A stretch of 58,204 bases of DNA, the filler included, from Circinaria calcarea (Eukaryota): assembly GCA_051942165.1 (NCBI GenBank). It is 6 parts of 6 records of this genome, joined end to end, with 100 filler letters (N's around TTAATTAATTAA, not from the genome) between each part and the next. Parts side by side here need not be neighbours in the genome. Positions count along the whole stretch, not along the records: positions 9,730 to 19,358 come from JAVECS010000903.1; positions 19,459 to 29,075 come from JAVECS010000904.1; 4 more parts are not named here. One strand, given 5' to 3'. Of this stretch, positions 13,051 through 24,365 are shown piece after piece; the first letter of the stretch is position 1; each line of letters begins with the position of its first letter. The position numbers and the translations under genes were made by a program. Below the pieces are notes generated by a model that was given only the letters and a program-made list of their open reading frames with translations, was not told the origin of the DNA and made no database searches.

Positions 13051-13502
13051 GCTTCCTTCTGTAATAATTATCGTCCATTGATTGGTATATTCCTAGGCAG
13101 CACGAGGCTGAGCCAGGCAACAGTACTAACAAACAATAAAGATGAGCAGCTATAGCTGGGCACGAGGCAGCCAATTCAGGTTCCATGCACTCCGCCCCTG
13201 AAAACCGGCTGTGCCGCAAGCGACGAAAACAAGCGAATATCTCGGGCATCCCCTCGAATTTCTTCCACAATACTCCATAGGTCCTACATACATATACTTG
13301 CTGCCATATTGTGCGTTTACTGTTTGAAACGTAGTACTCCCTGGTAATACTCCTCTCTTCTTAGATTTAAGAGTACTTACGATGCCTCTAGTGTTAATTG
13401 GGAATACCATAGCGCGAAGCCTTCTCGGGGTGGGGAAATCCCAGCACGCATCCAAACTTCTCTATATCCATAGCTCTTGCAGGTCGATGACCATTTGGAG
13501 AA

Positions 13503-15054
13503 ATGATAGATACCGTCCAAAGCACTTCTAGCGATATCATCAGATCTCAATGGAGCAACCCAAGCGGCGTCGTCGACCTCCTTTTGCTTGTCGGCGGTGA
13601 TGTGATCCAAACCAGCCTCGCCCAGCTTACTGGCGATCGCGTCCCTGCGCCAGTCGTCTTCTCTTTTGGGTGGGTGGCCTATGCCTTCATTGCAATCGCA
13701 GCAGTCGTGGGAGATAACCGCCTCCTCCGCAAAAGCGACACATCAGCCCTGCTGATTAACGGAAGCAATGGTTTTACGCGGTCCAATAAATCATGGATTA
13801 TTGGTCGTATTCTACGGGATTTCGAAACCGGGCATTGGATGGGCGAATCTACGCGGAAAGCAGTACAAGAGCTTTTAAAGAAATCTAATGACACCCCAAA
13901 AACTGGTCTTTGTGTATCCTTCTTCGAGTCTCGTGCAGGTCCGAGGTGGCAGGAGACTCCTGCAGAAGCAAGACGCTTCAGCCACGGCGGTGTACCGTCT
14001 ATAGAGCCCGTCCGTGATTTCATCTGGAAATGTGGTGTTGAACTTTACGAGGTCTGTAGCTGCTCGATAAAGTCGTGTTGATTTGGGCGCTGTGTTACGT
14101 CTTTAATTACGTAGTCACAATGCAGTAAGTGAGGCAGTTCATGTAGTATTCGAATCTATTATCGAGTATGAAAAGTCTATGGAATAAGTGCTAGAAAACA
14201 ACGCTTTTTGTGTGTGTGTGATCACGCTAGTGACTCGCGTAAACGGCCACGTAAACACGTGCTTCTGCGTGTACGTCTCTAGTTCGACATGTGGCTATGT
14301 CGTTATGCTTGTGCAACTGGTTATTGCCGCAATACCTTGGATAAAGTGGCAGGAATGGGGTATTTTCGTAATCACAGCCAGTGGATCACTTCTTGCGGTG
14401 ATATACGGAAGCTTACAAATCTGGCGGGATGAACGCTGGGCGGCACGAATACTTAGCAAGGAGAAAAGTGTGATTCTCACGGGTGGAAACGGCGCACAAC
14501 ATGCGTTGGTTATATTCTGCAGAGAGGGTAGTCTTGATCTGGAAGATCTGTCAACGTCCGATGATCGGATAAAAGTCTCACTATTCGTCAAAGTCGTTAC
14601 TGTTGCAATGCTGATGGGATGGTTCGTATTGCTCTTATCGGTAATCTCGCTAGAGAAACACTTATGGTTTCTCGTTGCCATAGGTCTATTGGGTATGCTC
14701 TATTGTATTGCTGCCGCCGGCGCTCCACAAAAACCACAGAGCTATGGCATTGATCTGGTCCCCTTTAGACCGCAACCTGTTATTGCTAATCGGAAAGTCA
14801 TGCCGGCGCTTTTCGCTACCGAGACAGCATTTCCAGCCATTGGAAGGTCTATGCTCAAGACATTCTTTCCTGGTGATATCTCGCTTCCAGAAGAGGAATT
14901 CTGGACAAAAGCGCAAAGTTTGTCGAGAATTAAATGGCCTCTGCCCTTGTCATCAGCAGTGGACGGCGAGGCAGTCCGCTGGACGACGGAAATTCAGAAG
15001 AAGATTCAGGACATACAAGACCAAATTGGCTCTACCGGAATAAATGGGATTTAA
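13503..15054 (+). pseudogene. Multi-TM fungal hypothetical protein disrupted by a solo-LTR insertion
   Basis: Removing 14036-14289 plus one TGTGG copy restores one frame, ...RDFIWKCGYVVMLVQLVIAAIPW..., joining ORF 13503 to ORF 14188. Confidence 0.85.
14036..14289. mobile_element. Solo LTR (254 bp) of an LTR retrotransposon
   Basis: Starts TGTTGAACT and ends AGTTCGACA (TG...CA, 8/9 inverted match). Flanked by a perfect 5-bp TSD, TGTGG (14031-14035 and 14290-14294). Confidence 0.85.
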
Positions 15055-16311
15055 AAGTTCAAGCCACCCAAATCAGCTGCCAATCAAATCCTTCAGCAGG
15101 TCGAGATTTATACTCTGGACCTTTCAAGAAACTTGTTTAGCCAAGAGCCTTACCGCTCTCTCTTTCAGCTCCTCGACAATATTGTCAGCATTCATGAGAT
15201 AGCGTTAGGAAAGTCTGGGCAAAAACAACCCATGATATTTATTACTCGTTTCAAATACCAGTGTCAGGCTCTACGTTTAGGGGGTGGCGATACCTCATTT
15301 AATTAGCGTCTTGGCGCATAGTGAAAACCTTTCACTAATACACATCTTTTCTGTAATGATTAATTCTCGCACATACTGCGTATAGCCATCGTATTTGTAA
15401 GGATCCTGTACGAATAGAATAATGATCTTACAATTAAGGGTCGGTAAATTGTGTGATAATGTGCTTAATTGATTCGCATAGCGTATGAATTATTATTCTG
15501 GTGTAACGCTGCGCGAGGAGAACCTTTCTGGCTAAGCTAATACCCGTGACCTCGGTAAATAGTTCACCCGTAGGGTTCGTAGGGGTTCTCGGGTAGAGAC
15601 CCTTACATTATATTTTTTTTAATAATAATAATTTATATATTCGGGCGTGATTAAACAATTAGATTTATAAAAACCAAATTAATTAAGGCTATATTAATGG
15701 AGTAATAATTTTTGAAATAACAATTAGAATGCGGGGAAAATACGGTATCGGGCCGGGTGCGGCATCGTTTAGGGATATCTGGTAATGCCTCGCCTAAGAA
15801 TCACAGACACAATAGCCAAGCCCTAGCCGAAACAGAGCGCATTTTGAAACGGAAAATGCTCTTTTCCTCCTTAGTTCTCACCACCACGCGAAACGGAATA
15901 ATGCTTATAAGCAGAGTTCTGTCATAGCGCATAGATTGCTTCAAGCTCTTTGTACCGCAGAATGCTCACATGGCATGTTCTGTCAGCGCAAATGTATCAG
16001 GATTCTCGATCTACATGCAGTCTTTACTGTTTTCAGTTATTGCTCCTGTTAAAAGCATTACGCTTCCATGATGACCTAGGTGGCGGTCTTGCTAACAAGC
16101 TAGAAGCAAGTTATCGCCGTTGAGGAAAGCAGCAACAAGGTGGGTCGACAGCAAATCTATAAAGACCTCCTCCAATCCCTCTTATTCACCCTCATCCATC
16201 ACAGCACTTCCAGCTCCAACAGCAGATCAGCCTTCAAGACAAGACTCTAGCCTTCTAGGAAACTCTTTCCAAATAGCAAAGAGTCGTTCACTTACTCCAC
16301 CAGCCACAAAA

Positions 16312-16883
16312 TTGAAGACCACCACCTTCCTCGCCTTGCTTACTGGCCTCGCTACCACCTACGCTGCACCAGCTCCGGCTCCGGCTAACAGCTACCCCGA
16401 AGGTACCCTCATAACCGAATACCCGGACGGTCTTCCCGCTGAACTCATCCCAAGAGCTATGGGTCTCGAGAAGCGTAATACGGCGAGCGTTTTTCTCTGT
16501 AACGATAGGAACTTTTCCGGCTATTGCGGGCATATCGTTGCGCCTCTGTATCAGTGTGGTGAGTGGCTGCTTCCCTTGGGGAGGAATACGTGATGCGAAG
16601 AGTGAACATGATGTGGATATGTAGGTGGAATAGTGAACCTAGGCGGCGACCTCAATGACCAAGTCAGCTCTGTGAGACCCGATAGTCCTCGCTATTGCTT
16701 TTTCTTCCCGTAACATCTCCTGCACCCATGCGGAACTTTGAAATTGCTTACTCGATTTTGTACAGCGCGACCAACTGCTAAGACTCGGAGGGTCACTTTG
16801 GGACCTTCGCCCCTGGATATCCTGACTTGGGCGCCATAGGCTGGAATGACAAGATCAGCAGCTACTGCTGCAACCCAAGCTAG
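16312..16883 (+). pseudogene. Small secreted Cys-rich beta/gamma-crystallin-like protein; start codon lost and internal TAA
   Basis: Signal peptide (L)KTTTFLALLTGLATTYA, propeptide ending EKR, then VFLCNDRNFSGYC...C|VNLGGDLNDQVSSVRPD...|ATNC*DSEG...PGYPDLGAIGWNDKISSYCC. Introns 16559-16633 and 16710-16765; TAA at 16779; start reads ATTGAAG. Confidence 0.75.
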
Positions 16884-17412
16884 ATGCATTAAGAACTCAG
16901 AACTACCCCATTATAAGGAGAAGGAGCCAATGGGTCTGGATAGTTTTGTGGGTGACTTGGAAGGTATAGAAAAGGTGCGGGGGTAGGGTTGGCTAGTACC
17001 GGGGGAAAAGGAAGAGGACGATTGAATACAAAATCTTTTATCTTCGAGATAAACAGTCTTTTATTTTTCGAAACTACACGCAAACTAGATGGTATTTGAT
17101 TTTGTTCTCTTTTCCACTAAATCTCTAGTCTCCAATCTTCCTATAACGGAAATTACAATGAAGATATAACACAACCCATAATTGGCGCTTTCCTTTCGTC
17201 GGTAATTTTCTCATTGATCGTTCATTTTTGGAAACCAACCTCCAAACCGTTTCCCTTTTTAAAAAAAGTGTATTACAGGGAGAACGCTACGTTTTCAATA
17301 GGCTGCACGGTGTAACCGGAACGTATATATGGATGAAGGCTGCTGAAACACTACGGTAATAATATGGTAATACTATGGAATACTCTGTGTGTGTGTGGAG
17401 AGAGGAGAATGC

Positions 17413-17468
17413 TCGGGGGATTGCTGAGATATGGAGCGAAAGGCGCGCCCAATTGCCGCTGTCTCCCC
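17413..17468. repeat. 56-bp non-coding element, copy 2
   Basis: 48/56 identical, ungapped, to 12995-13050, same orientation. Confidence 0.8.
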
Positions 17469-17893
17469 ACCATCTTCTCCATGCGCTCCAATCATAACAT
17501 TCGCTTGTTTTTGGCTGGTTGGGCAACCACGATTTTCAAGAACCTCCGGACCCTTGCCAGCGTGCCCTGTAAGTGTGCCAGTCTAGTGATCAATGCCCGC
17601 TATCTCTGCAATGATAAGAGCCCACAGTAGAAATTATACTGTCGATATATACTATCCTGAGTCGCTCCGTGCTAGTCCGGGGAGGCAATTAACCTGGCAT
17701 ATCACCTACGCTTTAAGCAGAAAGAGCGTCGCTAATCTACTAGAGCTTTGGAGGATATACTACTTGGCACGAGAAATGTTTGTTCTGATCTTACTTACTT
17801 AAAGCCTTCACGAGTACTTAATCTATCGGCTATATCTTCACTTTCTATTCTCAGTCTGTAAGGAAACCATTTTCCGGCTTTCTCATCTTATCC

Positions 17894-19358
17894 TTATCCA
17901 ACGCACCATTTCTGCTTGTTATTTCTACTCTCTGCTCGTGTTTCAATAGACCAATCAAGCCGATTCGGTATATACACGCCGCCTTGGATTGCCTCCGTCG
18001 CTATCTTCTCTAGTCGAATGAGCTCCTGTCTTTCGTTCAGATCTTTTACACCTTCGTTGTCCAGGCTCTCGATCTTGATATTGCATATATATGTACAATG
18101 CAAAACCCCATTCTTTTCTCCTTGTATCGTGACAAGTATGCCATTGCTGCCAATTCTTTGCCAAGCTCTGTTAGGTTGAAACACTAGATCTTCCAAGATG
18201 ACGCCCATTCGCGCGTTTGGAAGGCTGTATTCAATCTGCGATAGTACTGGCACTCTCCGATAATTCAATATATACCAGCGGTCTTCTCTAATATCGAGAA
18301 AAAAGAAATAGGTCATCGCGGGGGTCCTAGCACAGAATAAAACAAATCCAGGCCCCTCTACTGATAGCCCAGTCTCGTCCCGGATGCATGGTGTCCTGTC
18401 AGTAAAATTTCTTACGGGTGTTGTAAAAGTTTCTCGCATCGAGGCAGGAGCCCATCGATAGCCCTTTTCCCGCATCCTTGCTCCATCATGAAAGAGTAAG
18501 CCCCGTGGTATGATTCTTTGCAGTGAAAGGAAAGCCTTCATCCTATCCTGTACAGGGACGTCAAACAGCGTCTTGGTATTTAAACCTAGTATTGTTGCGA
18601 GGCAGATCATATCATCACCCGCTCTACTTGTCGAGCGCCACGCAAAATGGCTCCACGCGAAAATTACTCTCCCTACGTCCCTTGAGTCGGCAACTTGCTT
18701 AAGGCCCATGTAGAAGATTGACGCTTCTAAATAGACCATGCGAAATGCTGAGAGATCAAAGGACAACTTTTCAAGCGCGATCACCGCTTCTCGAACGTCA
18801 AGGGCACCGTCTGCGAATTGAACATATAGGCTCTTGGCGAGAACTGCTTCTTGTAGCGTCCAAACCTATGATATGTGAGAGATGGTCTAGGCAAAGCGCT
18901 GATAACTTACTCGTCTTAACCAGTTCGAGCAAGATATTCGCATTAGAGATTCCTCGTGTGTAAAGCGGGCCACGTTCTGGATTTCAGCATCTAAGACGAG
19001 TACTTTATGTGCTATTTTATAGGTTTCGTACATCCGAGAAATCGCCAACTTTCTGTACTGTTTCTCCAGAGGTACACATAACGTATCCATCCAAAAGAGA
19101 ACGGGCCAGTCTGTCACGAAGTTTAAACTGCGAAGTACGTACCTCCAATTCAGCATGTCTGCAACATTAATTGCTTTTGGCAGACTCGCAATCATGGTTT
19201 GGAGTTTATGAAGCTGGCATATAGGTAAAGAATTGTTCGTCACATTGCCTAAACCATCAGACCAAACATGGGATATAGCAGTATATTGAATGCCAGCACG
19301 ATACGCAACAGCATCGACAAGAAGATGTTCCGAATGATCCGAAATAGATAGGGATATC
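17894..19358 (-). CDS. Second HET-domain protein (5' truncated by the gap), paralog of 10628-12868
   Basis: Motifs YTAISHVWSDGLGN, FWMDTLCVP, MYETYKIAHKVLVLD and NWLRR|VWTLQEA across the intron at ~18866-18910; GYRWAP; ends QKWCVG. Confidence 0.88.
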
Positions 19359-19458
19359 NNNNNNNNNNNNNNNNNNNNNNNNNNNNNNNNNNNNNNNNNN
19401 NNTTAATTAATTAANNNNNNNNNNNNNNNNNNNNNNNNNNNNNNNNNNNNNNNNNNNN
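19359..19458. other. Assembly gap with linker
   Basis: N-TTAATTAATTAA-N. Confidence 0.97.
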
Positions 19459-19577
19459 GTATATTATTTGCTAAATAATTTTTATTTTAATAATAAAGTT
19501 TTTATATAAATATAGTTTTTATTAAAATATATTTTTTATTACTATTTAATTACGATTTAAAATATATAATCGATATT

Positions 19578-19968
19578 ATATTTTTTAAAAACCTTTTTAT
19601 CGTATTGCTAATTTTCGCTATTGTTATCTCGGCCGCAGTAATTCCTAGTGAGAATGAACACCCCACAAGAACTACTCGAGATAAGACTGATCTTTGTACC
19701 AATCGGTATCGCGCCGCGTGGGGAGCTAGCGGCCGACGGTCATCAGAGTTATATTAAACGCGGCGAATAAAAAGTAAATGGCCACCAAAGCTACATCAAA
19801 CATGGGGAACTAAAGGCCGACGGTTATCAAAGTTATATCAAGCGTGGCGAACAAGAAATAAACGGCCACCAAAGCTACATCAAACGTGGGGAATTAGAGG
19901 CCGACGGTCATTAGAGTTACATTAAGAGGGGATAGCTGGAATTCGATGGGCACCAAAGTTGTATCTGA
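19578..19968 (+). pseudogene. Kex2-processed repeat protein (KEP/RiPP-precursor-like), RIP-inactivated
   Basis: ATA (inferred former ATG)-FFKNLFIVLLIFAIVISAAVIP signal peptide; intron 19648-19702 (GTGAGA...CTGAT...CAA, acceptor mutated); then IGIAPR and six 42-bp units GE[L/Q]xx[D/N]GHQSYI separated by KR. Stops at 19768, 19912 and 19933; terminal TGA at 19966-19968. Confidence 0.8.
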
Positions 19969-20042
19969 GAACGCGGAAGTCAGCTGAGACGAAAGTAAAA
20001 TAATGGCGCAGAGTTAGATAATTCGATAGTAGTGGAAAATAA

Positions 20043-20717
20043 CGGAAATATGCAATTTCATACCCCACAACTTTAAAATATCGGAATTATGCAATTTTAA
20101 CCCCCAAAAGTATGAAATGTGCAATTTCATACCCCAAGTTGCAATTTCATACCCCACCCCCAAATTCTAGTGATTAATCTTCTGTTAGTGCAAGGTGGCT
20201 ATTATTAAGATCACTACGGAAGGTTATTGTCACTGCCGTAAAGACCCACTGTCGCAGATATCACTGTCGCCAGTGGCATTGCGATAATAGCATTGCGATA
20301 GTGGCATTGCGACACGCTGGCATTGCGATATAAATGCGAGAGCGACACAGTGCGACAGCGACCCACTGAAAACCGCGATAGTGAACTTAGCTTATTAACC
20401 TCGGGCCGGGTTCTTAGGCTAATACTAAGAAGAGCTTCGTCGGGAATAAGCAAATCATAGCTACTGTTCAATAGCTTTCTACTCCCAAAAATTTTGAGTG
20501 GAATGATTCCTAACTTTTGGGCGGGAACCCCTCGTTTAACACTACAAACGATTGAGCACCTTCCTCCGCGAGTTAGAAAACTACCCCACAATACCCTCCT
20601 GATAGTGGTGTGTTCTTCGGGGTACCCCCTGATTTTTTGGGGTGGGGTATGAAATTGCGACTTAGGGTATGGAATTGCATATTTCAAACTTGTGGGGTAT
20701 GAAATTGCATATTTCCG
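20043..20717. mobile_element. Non-autonomous TIR DNA transposon (MITE/Mutator-like), ~675 bp
   Basis: Left end CGGAAATATGCAATTTCATACCCCACAA... is the reverse complement of the right end ...TTGTGGGGTATGAAATTGCATATTTCCG. TIRs are built of TGCAATTTCATACCCC subrepeats. AATAA flanks both sides. No transposase. Confidence 0.8.
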
Positions 20718-21155
20718 AATAACTGGCCATCCAAATCTTTGAAAAGATGCAGAGGCTTGGACTTCTGGTTAGGCAGTTGATGACGGCTAGATTCGTAGTA
20801 TAGATGGGGACGATAATGATCAAGTCCGAAAGGGTTGAAGGAGTTACAGACATGAAGATAACCAGGAATGCCGTAGACTTGGTTCTAGCTGTTGCGCAAA
20901 AGGAATAATGAATTTATGGGACTGCGAGGATTGAAATGTTTTGCCATGAAATGTAAATGTGGTTTTATTGGACAAATACTCTCGTATAGCTAACTAGGCC
21001 GTCTCCCCCTTCTTCTCTTTGACTGAACCTTGATAGTAGTTCATTCCGCAAGCGTGACCTTTGGAAAGGGTTTTGGCAAGGGGTTTTGCAAGGCCTCGGA
21101 GTCGCATCCAGGGGACGGACCATGAAGGGATATAAACGAGAGATTAATCATCTAG

Positions 21156-24100
21156 CTAACAAGGTTCTCCCCACACATTCCGATCATAAAGAGCCCAGTC
21201 ATGATTTGGAAAATCGTAGCCAATTGCCCCAGTGTTCATGGTAGCATTTGAGACGGAAGAATTTTTAGGGGGGAAGGTATCCGGAAATGCCAGCGCATGA
21301 GAAGTGGCAGAGGGACCTGGCGATGTCCAATTACCTGAGAATGTATGACTGGCAGTCTCAAACTGTCTCGGTGGGACCACGTAATCATCTTGCAACTGTA
21401 AAGAGCTGATGAAGGTGTCGAAAGACGGAAGTTGCTGGCTGGAGTCCCATGGGTTTGTTGTGATTGGTGCTGACCGCCGCAGTGTGTCGTCCCAGTTGAG
21501 AGGTGAGCTGCTGGCGCTGACGTCGTTCGAGCTCATTACTTTGCCTTGAGTGCCTTCCGTCTTTCTGAGAACTCCCTCTGCGTCGTCCGACTCATCGTCC
21601 CCTAGCTCCTCGTCCCCTTGTTCTTCATCACTCTCTAGCTCATTACTCTCTAGCTCATCACTCTCTAACTCTTCATCATCTAGCTCCCCACCCTCTGAAT
21701 CTTGCTTTGGAACCCAGTAGATATTCCGGACCTTAGATATCCCGAATGTCTCTTCTTCTGAAAGCCACAAGACGTGATATTCGTAGGTGTTAATCATAGG
21801 GCCCAACGTGCTATAAAATCCCCGACGAAACTCTTCTGCATCGAATCCACACGCGGTCAAGGCTGACTCCCATGAACGCGGCGTCGATGGACTATCTGGC
21901 CATCTTCCACGCCATCTATATGCCACCTCCGACACAGTCCGACCGCTGTTATCCTTAGCATGCACATCTGCGCCTGCCTTTATTAAGTCGATCAATGTTT
22001 CGATGTCACCAACATAATTAGATAGGATATAGTGAAGACATGTCTCTTCGGTCATTAAGTTTCGAGCATTGATGTTTGTATTATGGCTAATTAGGAGATC
22101 CCAAAATCGAAAATTTGGATTCCCTCTGTGGAACTTTACTGCAGACAGGAAAGCAGTATCTCCACGGTCGTTTACGGCGTCGAGGTCAATGAATTCACGG
22201 CCCTCACCTAGAAGCAGGCGCGAGATAGCCTAGTCATGTCTGTTACTCAAACCTCGAGATAAGTTGAAACCCGATTTACCTCAGGTTCCCCACTTATTGC
22301 ACCCCACCAGGGGTTAGCGCCGAATAATTGGTCTTCGGCTGTCGGGTCTGCCCCACTTTCAAGAAGCAAACGCCGACAAGCGAGACTTGCTTCAAGCTCT
22401 TGTGCTTTAGTGTGGGACATACTTGATTCCCAGCTGCGAAGTAGTGAACTTGAAGTACAAGACATAAGTATCAGGCATATGAAAGATAGGTCCCTGCAAA
22501 TACAGACTTACACATCAAGATCATCATAGATGAAACCCCGCTCAGCACCGTTCACGTTAGCACCCTGCTCAATCAGATACTTACATATCTTGGGTGCTGG
22601 ATAAGCGCAAGCATACTGTCAGAGTCAGAATGGGTTACGGTTCTCCAAATTGGGGCCGACTACACACCTTCAGTAACGAACGGCCTTCGGGGTCACGATC
22701 TGTATACTTGGCGGCACCTTCTGCGAAGAGCCTCAAGAGATCGTCCAGAGCGTCTTTCTTTACTAAAGAGAACACTTCTGAATCCTCAGGTACGATCGCT
22801 GAGAAGAAGATCGTAGGCTTTCGGAGGTAGGAACCCTGGTAAGTTATTTTCTGCTGAAATGAGAGGGACATCATTGAGTTGCGATAATCGCTTCTGGATA
22901 GGAACGCTATAGTTCCTTCAAAAACTTCTATCAACTCATCGTGCTCGCCATTCTCATGGTCTTTGTTGCCACGGTCTAGGAGTTTTCTACTGTTCGTTTG
23001 TACTGTGAGAGTTCCCATGCTGGTATCGTACCTTCGATACATTTCTTCATGTTCATAGCATTTTCAGGGCGCTTTTGTTCGACGATGACTGTCTAGAGCA
23101 AAGGTTAGCGACAATGATGCCTTAAGATAAGATGGTATAGACCTGGCTTGTTGAGTGCTAGACACTGAGAGGCTATCAAGGATCCTCGTATTCTCCTGAT
23201 ACGGCGCTTATGCTCTAGGTCTTCCGTCTCGTCGCGTTCTGTGAGTTCCTCTACTTTTCTTTTCCTTGCGTCTGCTGAGGCTCTTTGGGCTATAGCTTTC
23301 ATAGATATTGCATTCAACAGTTGCTCCACATCATCTATGATAGATTGAGCCTCCACGGAGAATACTGTTGACTGCTTCTCCGATGCAAGATTGAAAAGGC
23401 GATCTAGGCTAGCATGGAGGCCATTTGAGTCATTATCTGAGATGGTTTCATTATGTTGTTCCTCCATCTCCACATCAATTGCGGTATCGTGAACTTGTTG
23501 CAGCTGACCAGACAACCCCTTAGTGCAGGTTCGCTTTGTGAACTGATGTTGGAGCTGCTGAGCTAGGCTCTTTAAAACGTCTTTTTGCTCTAACGAGGCG
23601 TCCCTGAGACTCTTCAAATCGTGTCCTATGTTATCGACAAGCTGGCACACGTTCGTTTCCAGAGATGATGAAGTTGCTCCAATGCCGCGTAGTGTGCTTT
23701 GCATCTGATCCAACATGCTCTTTGAGCTTGCCAGCTCATTACTACTTTGCAAGCTGAGCTGCATTTGCTGGTTCATTAGGTTATCAACGCTATGGGACTG
23801 AGTACGTAATTGCGCTTTAGATTCCTCCGAAGCTTGCAATAACGATTTCGTAACAGTATCTCTGAGGTCTCCCAAGTCGTGTACATGAGAGACACCTAAT
23901 TTACTAGTAGGCCACTGATATTTAGCGCTGACCCTTCTTCGACTATATCACTTACGTCTGGAGTATACCAAGCTGGAATCCTAACAACCCAACATGGCCT
24001 TGCAAGACATCTCGCATCTGGATCACCTCATTCCTTCGTAAGGTTATTTTGAAGCCCGTCCAAGCCTTGCTCAACTTATTGTCGAATGGTAATATCCGTA

Positions 24101-24365
24101 CTTTCCCAACCTTTATCTCAAATTTCCTTAGGTCCTTGGCGCAGTTTTGAACTAAGACTGGTAGGTCGGCATCACTCTCGAAGCCAGTTCCCAGTTTTAT
24201 TAGCTGCTGAAGGAGACTCTCTAAACTATTCAAGGTCTGCAGTGTATGCTGGACGGCGTCTTGTCCATCTTTCACGTCGGAGACCACTCGGTAAATTACC
24301 CTGATCGATTGTAAAGATAGTCCCAGAACTGTAAGAACGCTCGCAGCACTGCTTACGCCGTCCAT
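21156..24365 (-). CDS. Multi-exon HeLo-like N-terminal domain + ankyrin-repeat protein with acidic tail
   Basis: MDGVSSAASVLTVLGLSLQSIRVIYRVVSDVKDG N-terminus; ankyrin-type segments YLIEQGANVN, LLLESGADPTAED and LIKAGADVHAKDNSGRT; ELES[D/N] acidic repeats; GT-AG introns between the ORF pieces. Confidence 0.75.

Noticed and set aside
12869..13270. 134-aa N-terminal extension of the 880-aa HET ORF
   Set aside because: Begins at a non-ATG codon and covers promoter-like DNA; the likely start is MDHLP at 12868.
15540..15800. AT-rich patch that may be a RIP-ed repeat fragment
   Set aside because: No termini, TSD or coding remnant identifiable.
19717..19968. 42-bp tandem repeats as a CRISPR array or plain minisatellite
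   Set aside because: No unique spacers and a eukaryotic host; variation is often synonymous in one frame with KR boundaries, indicating coding origin.
20214..20687. 157-aa ORF inside the TIR element
   Set aside because: No transposase motifs; it reads through TIR subrepeats.
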